A stretch of DNA of 24,000 bases from Phycisphaerae bacterium (GTDB taxonomy: Bacteria > Planctomycetota > Phycisphaerae > UBA1845 > PWPN01), in the NCBI GenBank assembly GCA_030372985.1, contig JAUCQB010000201.1, positions 1 to 24,000 on the forward strand, in the 5' to 3' direction. Shown piece after piece: positions 1-7,454 of this stretch (the first letter of the stretch is position 1; every line of letters starts with the position of its first letter). Under the pieces are notes generated by a model. That model did no database searches. It was not told where the DNA came from and saw nothing but the letters and a program-made list of their open reading frames with translations. Made by a program: the position numbers and the translations under genes.

Positions 1-9
1 GTTCGGAAC

Positions 10-42
10 TCGTCGGCAGCGTCAGATGTGTATAAGAGACAG
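10..42 (+). other. Illumina Nextera Read 1 transposase adapter (TCGTCGGCAGCGTCAGATGTGTATAAGAGACAG), artificial sequence
   Basis: Exact 33-nt match to the well-known Nextera/Tn5 adapter at the contig edge. Confidence 0.98.
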
Positions 43-113
43 ATGAAAAGCGAGATGATATTCATCAGGCGTTCCTGAGCATCGGGTGTCTGCTCATCTG
101 CTGGCACCGGGTT

Positions 114-449
114 TCAGGGTTTTGTTAGAGATCCTAAGAAGAAGCACATCCCCTGCAACCTGCATGACGCAGGGCATAACCCGGAATATGTCGTCCAGGA
201 AGGTCTCGGCGTCCGGGCGCAGAATCGCCAGGACAACGCCCCCAGACCGGGCAAGTAGCACAAACCGACGGCAATGGCATAGGCGAGATCCGCCCGTCTC
301 CACCTCGGCCGCGGGCTCGGCAGGGGAGCAGATCCGGCGACCTCCAGTTCCTCATGCACTTGCTCCATGTCGAACGGAGTCCCGCACTCCGGACATCGCG
401 GGTCTCGTAGTCCAAAAAGCGTGCAACCGCAATGCCGACACAGGCCGAA
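114..449 (-). CDS. Possible zinc-ribbon small protein, start codon unclear, possibly frameshifted
   Basis: Minus-strand frame upstream of the listed ORF 114..368 reads CRHCGCTLFGLRDPRCPECGTPFDM (two CxxC knuckles), open back to a stop overlapping the end of ORF 465..773; no ATG/GTG/TTG before the zinc ribbon; near the adapter-containing contig end. Confidence 0.35.
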   Translation of the reverse strand, partial: FGLCRHCGCTLFGLRDPRCPECGTPFDMEQVHEELEVAGSAPLPSPRPRWRRADLAYAIAVGLCYLPGLGALSWRFCARTPRPSWTTYSGLCPASCRLQGMCFFLGSLTKP

Positions 450-464
450 GTCAGCGAGCGGTGA

Positions 465-773
465 TCAAAGATAGGCCGTCACAGCCAAACAGAGTACTGC
501 CAAGTAGATTCCAGCCGCAAGAAGCAGCGTCACGCCTGCAGCAATGGGAGACGAGATATCAAAGCTGAACGCAACGCACATGATGGGCCATAAAAAGATC
601 GGGCCAGACACAAGCCACATCCCGATGATCGCCAGACGCATGGGGCTGCGCCGGGTGGCAGCGGGGAGCTCCGCGTCCGCAGGATCGATGTCCGACAGAA
701 AACCGTGATCATCCCAGGATCCCGTCGGCTCACGGGTCCTGGCCATGCTCGGCTTGTCGCTCTCCTCGGTCAT
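465..773 (-). CDS. Small two-TM hypothetical membrane protein
   Basis: 102 aa ORF with two hydrophobic segments (LAIIGMWLVSGPIFLWPIMCVAF; AAGVTLLLAAGIYLAVLCLAVTAYL). Confidence 0.5.
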   Translation of the reverse strand: MTEESDKPSMARTREPTGSWDDHGFLSDIDPADAELPAATRRSPMRLAIIGMWLVSGPIFLWPIMCVAFSFDISSPIAAGVTLLLAAGIYLAVLCLAVTAYL

Positions 774-842
774 GCTCGGCGCCCTGTGTATCCGTCACGC
801 TGACCTTCATGGTCCTACCGGCTTGGGATGTCAGTCGCCCCG

Positions 843-2126
843 CTACGGCGAGTCTTCAACACTGGGATTTCGACAGGGCCCCCCATGCTCAGCCTCAGGC
901 TCTGAGCCAGAGAGCAACGCCCGCATTCGCTCAATTGCCTGATCTCTCGACGTCAACTGGTTATCCAATTGCTCGTCGTACAGTCGGTCCAGGATCTCCC
1001 TGAACCGCGGGCCAGGCTCCAGGCCGGCGGCGATCAGGTCATCGCCGGTGACAAACGGTGGGGGGGCTACCTCCTCGGGCGGGATCGACGCCTTCCGTTG
1101 TCGGGCAATCTCGTTGCCCTCCAGCGGCAGCCCGCGAGCCAGACAAATTGCCTTGTGCAGTTCCAGAAGGTCTTCGAAACCCTCGTTGGCAATGAGCATC
1201 TTCATGGCCGGCAGGCACAGCACTTCGGCATGATGAAGGTCGTCAACGTGCTCAATCAGCCAGGCGATGCGTTCGCCCTGCTGGTTGCTGCAGCGCAGAT
1301 CTCGTGCCACCTGCAAAACCGCCGCCGGCGGGTACTCATTGAGCAGGGCCGCCATGCTCAGAACAAAACCCGCCTTCTCCGGCAGGTGGCCCAGCACGCG
1401 AATGCTGTCCGCCACGCGGTCGGGGGGCCAATACCTGTTCGGCCAGAGGTGCGCCAAGACGCCCAGTTCGGCAATCTGCCGAACCGCCTCAGCCCGCGCC
1501 GGGTGGTCCAGCATTCTTTCGAGTTCCTCGTGGATCCGCTCCGGACTGATCCGGCTGATGTGCTCGGCCTGCTCGCGGATGGCAGCCGCCGTTTCCGACT
1601 CGATCGGAAAGCCAAGCCGGGCCGAAAACCGGACCGCCCGCAGCATACGCAGATGATCTTCGGCAAACCGCCGGGCCGGATCGCCGATCGCTCGGATGAT
1701 GCCCGCCTCCAGGTCTTTCCGGCCGCCCACATAGTCAATGACCTGCTTGTCGATGGGGTCGTAGAAGAGCCCGTTGATCGTGAAGTCCCGCCGCTGGGCG
1801 TCCTCTTCGGCGGTGGTAAAAACGACCTTCTCCGGATGGCGCCCATCGCGGTAATCGAGATCGCTGCGGAACGTCGCCGTCTCGATCCAATGGGGTCCCT
1901 GGCGGACCATCACCACGCCGAACTTGGCCCCCACCTTGCGCGTCCGGGTGAACAGGCTGATGATGGTGTCGGGCACGGCATCTGTGGCCACATCAATGTC
2001 GGTCGGCTCCCGACCCAAAAGCATGTCGCGGACGCTGCCGCCGGCCCAGAAGGCCTGATGCCCATGCTGGCGCAGCCTTTGGACCACCCGCAAGGCGGCA
2101 TCATGAACCGATAGCGGCCTTCTCAT
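843..2126 (-). CDS. cca: CCA tRNA nucleotidyltransferase / poly(A) polymerase family protein
   Basis: HQAFWAGGSVRDMLLGREPTDIDVATDA nucleotidyltransferase motif, RRDFTINGLFYDP, RFAEDHLRMLRAVRFSARLGF; 4-nt overlap with upstream rsmD. Confidence 0.93.
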   Translation of the reverse strand: MRRPLSVHDAALRVVQRLRQHGHQAFWAGGSVRDMLLGREPTDIDVATDAVPDTIISLFTRTRKVGAKFGVVMVRQGPHWIETATFRSDLDYRDGRHPEKVVFTTAEEDAQRRDFTINGLFYDPIDKQVIDYVGGRKDLEAGIIRAIGDPARRFAEDHLRMLRAVRFSARLGFPIESETAAAIREQAEHISRISPERIHEELERMLDHPARAEAVRQIAELGVLAHLWPNRYWPPDRVADSIRVLGHLPEKAGFVLSMAALLNEYPPAAVLQVARDLRCSNQQGERIAWLIEHVDDLHHAEVLCLPAMKMLIANEGFEDLLELHKAICLARGLPLEGNEIARQRKASIPPEEVAPPPFVTGDDLIAAGLEPGPRFREILDRLYDEQLDNQLTSRDQAIERMRALLSGSEPEAEHGGPCRNPSVEDSP

Positions 2127-2773
2127 CCTGTTTCCTCGTCTCTCGATAGGGCTTCGCTTCGGACCCCCGCCGCGTGCCGAGGCGTGCCCATGAAGCGGAA
2201 GGTCATCGAGCCCACATCCCGCCGTTCGATCTCAACCAGCGGGGCCAGGCTTGGGCCGCCCAGGGGAGTCCGTGGATGCCGAACCACGATCATGGCACCA
2301 TCGGCAATGACCGGGTCGAGGGCCAGCTTCTGGAGCAGCGGCCGGAGGTATGGGTGGGGTGACGGCCCGATCAGCAGACGGTAGGGGGGGTCTACCAGTA
2401 CCAGCGAATAGACTCCCGGCGAGCCTTGCGGCCGTGGAAACTGACATTGGGTCGCGTCGGCACAGAGCACTTGGCCCTGGCCCTCAAGGATACCCAGAGA
2501 AGCGAGATTCTCGCGGATCAGAGCCACGGTCGGACGGTGCTGTTCAACAAACAGCGCAAAGCCGGCCCCTCTGGACAGGCACTCGATGCCGAGCGTCCCG
2601 GTACCCGCGAAGAGATCCAGCACCGCCAGCGGCGGCAGCGTCCCCGGACGTGCGAGGCGATGTCCAAGAACATCGAACAGCACCGTCTTGGCACGATCAG
2701 TGATCGGGCGGGTCCGGCCTCCCGCGGGTCCGGCAATCTGACGCCCTCGCCATTGTCCCGCAATAATCCGCAT
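2123..2773 (-). CDS. rsmD: 16S rRNA (guanine(966)-N(2))-methyltransferase RsmD
   Basis: MRIIAGQWRGRQIAGP..TRPITDRAKTVLFDVLG, VLDLFAGTGTLGIECLSRGA, LVLVDPPY; start placed at MRIIAG inside the longer ORF 2123..3289. Confidence 0.93.
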   Translation of the reverse strand: MRIIAGQWRGRQIAGPAGGRTRPITDRAKTVLFDVLGHRLARPGTLPPLAVLDLFAGTGTLGIECLSRGAGFALFVEQHRPTVALIRENLASLGILEGQGQVLCADATQCQFPRPQGSPGVYSLVLVDPPYRLLIGPSPHPYLRPLLQKLALDPVIADGAMIVVRHPRTPLGGPSLAPLVEIERRDVGSMTFRFMGTPRHAAGVRSEALSRDEETG

Positions 2774-2918
2774 AAAGACCAGCGTATCCCCCCGCGTTTT
2801 CTCTCGCAACGTCCAAGAGCAACGGCCCTCTTTTTCGGGCCCCACGAGTCGTCGAGCGGACTCTTGTTCCCCGAAGGTGATGCCCCATCCCATGGGAGCG
2901 ATGACCAGCCTGCCCATA

Positions 2919-2947
2919 TTGCCGCAAACATCGCTTTTCCGTACAAT
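2919..2947 (+). promoter_or_regulatory. Putative sigma70-type promoter TTGCCG-N17-TACAAT
   Basis: Near-consensus hexamers with 17 bp spacing, 31 nt upstream of the YkgJ-type gene start. Confidence 0.6.
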
Positions 2948-2977
2948 CCTGCCTTTGTCCGTGGAGACCATGGCGTT

Positions 2978-3475
2978 ATGAAACGACCGACAGACTCTCG
3001 TTCGACCGACCTGTGCGGCAAGTGCGTCGGCCTTTGCTGCCGCTACTTTGCTCTGGCCATCGACAAGCCGGAAACCCGCCGGGATTTCGAGGATATCCGC
3101 TGGTACCTCCTCCATGAAGACAGCACCGTGTTTGTCGAGGACGGCCAGTGGTACCTGCAGATCAACCGCAAGTGCCGGGCGTTGCTGCCCGACAACCGCT
3201 GCGCGATCTACGAGAAACGGCCGCCTATTTGCAGGTCCTACAACACCGAGAAGTGCGATTGGCACGGCGACGAATACGAATATGAGCACGTTTTCGTGGA
3301 TCCGGATGACGTCGCCCGTTATGCCACGGAGTACCTGTCGAAGAAACGAAAACGCCAGGCGGCCCGCAAGCGCCGGACGGCCGCGACCGCGAAGAAGGGA
3401 CGGCAGCTCAGGGTCCGCCGAACCGGCTCGGCTCGACGGCCGCGCATCGCGATCCCGCTGCTCAAGTCGGCGTGA
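2978..3475 (+). CDS. YkgJ-family cysteine cluster protein (putative zinc/iron chelating), basic C-terminal tail
   Basis: CGKCVGLCCRYFAL ... CRALLPDNRCAIYEKRPPICRSYNTEKC pattern typical of the YkgJ/CxxCxxxxC family. Confidence 0.85.
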   Translation: MKRPTDSRSTDLCGKCVGLCCRYFALAIDKPETRRDFEDIRWYLLHEDSTVFVEDGQWYLQINRKCRALLPDNRCAIYEKRPPICRSYNTEKCDWHGDEYEYEHVFVDPDDVARYATEYLSKKRKRQAARKRRTAATAKKGRQLRVRRTGSARRPRIAIPLLKSA

Positions 3476-3507
3476 ACCGCCTCATCCATCGGCCGAAAGT
3501 GAAGAAC

Positions 3508-4833
3508 ATGAAGTTCCAGGCACCCAAGGGCACAAGAGATTTCTACCCCGAAGATATGGCGGCGCGCAACTGGATCATGGAAATCTGGCGCCGCGTCTCG
3601 CTTCGCAACGGATTCGAGGAGTACGACGGACCGATCTTCGAGCTGCTGGACCTGTATAAGGCCAAGAGCGGCGAGGGCATCGTCTCCGAGCTTTTCCATT
3701 TCGAGGATCGAGGCGGGCGCGAGCTGGCCATCAGGCCGGAGATGACCCCGACGCTCGCCCGCATGATCGCCGCCCGGGCCAACTCCCTGTCGCGGCCTAT
3801 CAAGTGGTTCAGCCTGCCGAGGCTCTGCCGCGCGGAGCGTCCGCAACGGGGCCGGTTGCGGGAGTTCTTTCAATGGAACATCGACGTCGTCGGCATCGAC
3901 GATGTGGTCAGCGATGCCGAGTGCATCCTGGTGGCCATTGATTTCTTCCGTGAAGTCGGACTTACCCCCGACGACGTGGTGATGAAGGTCAACTCCCGCT
4001 CGCTTCTGTCATCGCTCCTTGCGGCCCAAGGCTTTGAGAAGCAGCGGCACGAGGAGATCTTCGCGGTTCTCGACAAGCGAGACAAGCTTTCGTGGGAGGC
4101 ATTCGTCGAAACCGTTGAAAAGGTGAGTCGCGACGGCGAGGAGAAAACCACGCTCTTGAGTATTGGCCAGGCTGCCGGTCCCGAAGGTTTGGCCGGTTTG
4201 ACGGAGATGGCAAAGGAAAACGCGGCGGCCGAGGCGGAATTGGACCGCCTCAGGCAACTGCTCGCCCTGCTCACCAGCATGGGCGTCGGAGAGTACTGCC
4301 GGTTCGACATGGGTGTGGTTCGTGGGCTGGCATACTACACCGGCGTGGTGTTTGAGGCGTTCGGCAAGGGCGAGTTCCAGCGGGCGATCTGCGGTGGGGG
4401 GCGGTACGGGCGGCTTCTCGAAGCGGTGGGCGGCCCGCCGATGTCCGGCATCGGCTTCGGCACCAGCGACGTGGTCATCTTGACGCTGCTCGCCGAACTG
4501 AACCGATTGCCTGCCGAGGCAACGAAAGCCAGGCGGGTCGATCTGTTTCTGATCGACGCCGACCCGAGCCTGTTCGACGAAGTGCTGGCCTTGGCCGCCC
4601 GGCTGCGGAGGATCGGCCTTGCCGCCGAGTTCAGCTACCGCCGCCAGGCGCTTGGCAAGCAGCTCAAGCAGGCCTCGGCGTGCAGCGCCTCGCGAGCCGT
4701 GATTGTCGGGAGCGAATACACGCAGAGGCAGGCCGTCAGCGTGAAGGACCTGGCCAGCGGCGAACAGGTGGAGATCGGCGTCGACCGCTTTCTGGCGAAT
4801 CCGCACGGCTGGCCGTGGTCAGACAGCGATTGA
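3508..4833 (+). CDS. hisS: Histidyl-tRNA synthetase
   Basis: APKGTRDFYPED, VVRGLAYYTGVVFEAF, ICGGGRYGRLLEAVGG motifs of class II HisRS. Confidence 0.95.
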   Translation: MKFQAPKGTRDFYPEDMAARNWIMEIWRRVSLRNGFEEYDGPIFELLDLYKAKSGEGIVSELFHFEDRGGRELAIRPEMTPTLARMIAARANSLSRPIKWFSLPRLCRAERPQRGRLREFFQWNIDVVGIDDVVSDAECILVAIDFFREVGLTPDDVVMKVNSRSLLSSLLAAQGFEKQRHEEIFAVLDKRDKLSWEAFVETVEKVSRDGEEKTTLLSIGQAAGPEGLAGLTEMAKENAAAEAELDRLRQLLALLTSMGVGEYCRFDMGVVRGLAYYTGVVFEAFGKGEFQRAICGGGRYGRLLEAVGGPPMSGIGFGTSDVVILTLLAELNRLPAEATKARRVDLFLIDADPSLFDEVLALAARLRRIGLAAEFSYRRQALGKQLKQASACSASRAVIVGSEYTQRQAVSVKDLASGEQVEIGVDRFLANPHGWPWSDSD

Positions 4834-4850
4834 GCACGGAATCATCGACG

Positions 4851-5420
4851 ATGGCTCGTAACCGCGACCATTACGAGTCGGCTTTCGAGGACTACCTGCA
4901 AGTCAGGACCATACCCTTCGTGTCCGTGGACGAAACGCGGCGGGCGGTCTTCGCGGGAACGAAGATCAAATCCTTTGACTACGTCGTCTATCCGCCCGCC
5001 GGGCGGGCGTGGCTGGTCGATGTCAAGGGCCGGCATTTCCCATACGTCGACGAGCAGGGGGGTACCAAGCGTTATTGGGAAAGCTGGATCACGCGGGAGG
5101 ACCTGGCCGGGCTGGCGGACTGGGAATCGGCCTTCGGCGACGAATACGAGGCGCGGTTGGTGTTCGCATACCTGTTGCAGGGGCCGCCGGATCGCTGGCC
5201 GGCGGTCACGCCCCATCTGTTCGAAGGAGAATGCTACGCTTTCTACACCGCCGGCCTGGCTGACTACCGCGAGGCGTGTCGTGATCGCTCAGATCGTTGG
5301 CAGACGGTCTCCGTGCCCAACAGCGCTTTCCGGAGGATTGTCCGGCCGCTGGACGCCCTCCTGCCAGGATCTCCGCCATTGTGCCCGTCGGGCGGAATGC
5401 CGGGCGGCCTTTCGCCCTGA
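4851..5420 (+). CDS. HYExAFE family protein (uncharacterised, planctomycete-associated)
   Basis: Signature HYESAFEDYL near the N-terminus; FDYVVYPPAGRAWLVDVKGR follows; 17 nt after hisS. Confidence 0.85.
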   Translation: MARNRDHYESAFEDYLQVRTIPFVSVDETRRAVFAGTKIKSFDYVVYPPAGRAWLVDVKGRHFPYVDEQGGTKRYWESWITREDLAGLADWESAFGDEYEARLVFAYLLQGPPDRWPAVTPHLFEGECYAFYTAGLADYREACRDRSDRWQTVSVPNSAFRRIVRPLDALLPGSPPLCPSGGMPGGLSP

Positions 5421-5438
5421 GTCGCCCGTGCCTATAAT
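5410..5438 (+). promoter_or_regulatory. Putative promoter with perfect -10 (TTTCGC-N17-TATAAT)
   Basis: TATAAT at 5433-5438 in a GC-rich context; weak -35. Confidence 0.4.
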
Positions 5439-5486
5439 GTGTCGAATACCGGTAAATCGAAAACGATGGTCGATAGGACAAAACCC

Positions 5487-5684
5487 ATGATTCGAAGAGT
5501 GTTGTGCTTCCTGACTGGTTTGCTGCTGGCGGTTGGTCCGGCTCTGGCGCAAGGGTCGTCCGAAGGACCAACCTACAACTTCAAACCAAGATCGACGATG
5601 ATCGAGTGGGTCATCGGGACGATCTTCCTCATCGGTTGCCTTGTGGTCGCCTTCAAACCCAGCAAGCGGTCGAACCTGAAGTGA
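5487..5684 (+). CDS. Small protein with signal peptide and C-terminal TM helix
   Basis: MIRRVLCFLTGLLLAVGPALAQ signal peptide plus IEWVIGTIFLIGCLVVAF TM; AGGA upstream of ATG 5487; the longer ORF start at 5439 abuts the -10 box. Confidence 0.65.
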   Translation: MIRRVLCFLTGLLLAVGPALAQGSSEGPTYNFKPRSTMIEWVIGTIFLIGCLVVAFKPSKRSNLK

Positions 5685-5730
5685 CCGCCATGCGAGGGCC
5701 AGTGTGCTTTCATTATGGAGGACCCTGGGA

Positions 5731-6021
5731 ATGAGCAAACAAGCCTTGATCGTCGTCCTGGTGGGTGTCAATTTGCTGCTGCTCGGCGGCCTGATCCTCT
5801 CGAACTACTCACTGCCTGAGGCCAAGGCTCAGCCGGTCAGCCTGCGGGGCGAGTTCATTCTCATTTCGGCCCAGGCGGAGAGGAACAACGACACCATCTA
5901 TCTTCTCGACCTGGCCCGGCGCCAGATGCACGCTTTTCGCGCGCAGGTGCCCCAGATGATCGAGCAGCCGATGATGGTTCGCTGGTACCACTCGCGTGAC
6001 CTGGTGCGGGATTTCCGCTGA
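5731..6021 (+). CDS. Small single-TM anchored hypothetical protein (paralog A)
   Basis: MSKQALIVVLVGVNLLLLGGLILSNY anchor then LRGEFILISAQAERNNDTIYLLDLARRQMHAFRA; GGAG upstream of ATG. Confidence 0.75.
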   Translation: MSKQALIVVLVGVNLLLLGGLILSNYSLPEAKAQPVSLRGEFILISAQAERNNDTIYLLDLARRQMHAFRAQVPQMIEQPMMVRWYHSRDLVRDFR

Positions 6022-6034
6022 AAGGGGGATGACA

Positions 6035-6352
6035 ATGAACAGCAAAGACTTCGCGATTGGCGTCCTGACCGTGACCGCCGTCATCCTGCTCACCGGGTTG
6101 ATTATCATCCATGCCGTCAGCCCCAAGCAGGCCATGGCCATCGGACAGAACGCCGAGGGCGGCGACTACCTGGTGACGACCAGCCAGTACAACGATTACA
6201 CGGAATTGCTGATGGTCTTCGACACCGCCCAGATGAAGATGAACGCCTACGTGTTCAATCCTCAGACGGGCCAGGTCGAGCTCCTGCAGCCGCCCATCCC
6301 GATCCTCCGCCAGATACAGGAACCCGCGAGACCGACCGGACGTACGAGATGA
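6035..6352 (+). CDS. Small single-TM anchored hypothetical protein (paralog B)
   Basis: MNSKDFAIGVLTVTAVILLTGLIIIHAV anchor then EGGDYLVTTSQYNDYTELLMVFDTAQMKMNAYVFNPQTGQVE; GGGGG upstream. Confidence 0.75.
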   Translation: MNSKDFAIGVLTVTAVILLTGLIIIHAVSPKQAMAIGQNAEGGDYLVTTSQYNDYTELLMVFDTAQMKMNAYVFNPQTGQVELLQPPIPILRQIQEPARPTGRTR

Positions 6353-6395
6353 GAATCGCCTCCCCGCCGCAAGGCGCGAGCCGGTGCGGGCCCGC

Positions 6396-7451
6396 ATGAA
6401 CGCACAGGAACCCCGTCCCATGTCCGATCTGATCCGGGCGATCGTTCAACAGGTCATCGGCGGCACCCCCGTGACGCGGTCTCAGGCCGAGCAGCTCGTT
6501 CGGTCCGAACGCGCGAGCCTGCCTGAGCTGTTCGCCGGGGCAAGCCGGATCCGAGAACATTACCTCGGCCCCAAGGTCCGCTGTTGCAGTATCGTCGCAT
6601 CGAAGGTGGGTTTGTGCGATCAGGACTGCGCATTCTGCAGCCAGTCCGCACACTACCGAACACACGTCACGGCGGGCGGAACCGTCGAGGGGCAGGAGGT
6701 GCTCGCGGTCTCGCGGCAGGCCGCGGACAACGGCGCCCAGTCTTTCGGCATCGTCAACAGCGGCCTGGGACCCGGCGATGATGAGATTGAAGAGTGGGGC
6801 GATGTCATCCGGGCAATCCGGCGGGAAGGGCGGGTGCGGGCATGCGCCTCGCTGGGCGTCCTGACCTTCGAGCAGGCCCGACGTCTGGCCGAAGCCGGCG
6901 TCCAACGATACAACCACAACCTCCAGACCTCTCGACGACATTTTCCGAGCATCGTGACCACGCACACATACGACGATCGACTCAAAACGCTGCGGAATCT
7001 GCGGGCGGCCGGCATTGAGTTGTGCTGCGGAGCCCTCTTTAGGATGGGTGAAACCTGGCAGGATCGTCTCGATCTAGCCTTCGAGCTGCGCGAGCTCAAT
7101 CCCGAGGTCGTGCCCATCAACTTCCTTATTCCAATCGCCGGTACGCCGCTCGAGCACAACAGGGCACTTGAACCGCTTGAATGCCTGCGGATCATCGCCG
7201 TTTATCGTTTCATTCTTCCGTCGCAGCGCATCAATATCGCCGGCGGCAGAGAGGTCAATCTGCGAGACCTTCAAAGCTGGATGTTCCTTGCCGGGGCGGA
7301 CAGCTTCATGATGGGCAACTATCTGACGACTTGTGGCCGCTCAGCCGGCGAGGACCTGCGCATGATTCGCGACCTCGGCCTGGAACTCGAACCGTATCTC
7401 CGCCCGGCTGCCGCGTCTGATGAAGCTCATCGATCTCACATGCCTGCCTGA
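6396..7451 (+). CDS. bioB: Biotin synthase (radical SAM)
   Basis: ASKVGLCDQDCAFCSQSAHY radical SAM CxxxCxxC motif, CASLGVLTFEQARRLAEAGVQRYNHNLQTSRRHFPSIVTTHTYDDRLKTL, FLIPIAGTPLE. Confidence 0.93.
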   Translation: MNAQEPRPMSDLIRAIVQQVIGGTPVTRSQAEQLVRSERASLPELFAGASRIREHYLGPKVRCCSIVASKVGLCDQDCAFCSQSAHYRTHVTAGGTVEGQEVLAVSRQAADNGAQSFGIVNSGLGPGDDEIEEWGDVIRAIRREGRVRACASLGVLTFEQARRLAEAGVQRYNHNLQTSRRHFPSIVTTHTYDDRLKTLRNLRAAGIELCCGALFRMGETWQDRLDLAFELRELNPEVVPINFLIPIAGTPLEHNRALEPLECLRIIAVYRFILPSQRINIAGGREVNLRDLQSWMFLAGADSFMMGNYLTTCGRSAGEDLRMIRDLGLELEPYLRPAAASDEAHRSHMPA

Positions 7452-7454
7452 AAA

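Noticed and set aside
969-2114. 381 aa plus-strand ORF antisense to cca
   Set aside because: Mirror ORF typical of high-GC coding DNA; the minus strand has unambiguous nucleotidyltransferase motifs.
2426-2977. Long N-terminal extension of the YkgJ-type ORF
   Set aside because: Antisense to rsmD; a good promoter (2919-2947) and ATG 2978 immediately precede the Cys-cluster domain.
2774-3289. N-terminal extension of the rsmD ORF (2123..3289)
   Set aside because: RsmD homologs begin at MRIIAG; extension overlaps the YkgJ-type gene antisense.
4009-4806. 265 aa minus-strand ORF opposite hisS
   Set aside because: Antisense shadow of hisS with low-complexity His/Arg/Gly content and no recognisable family.
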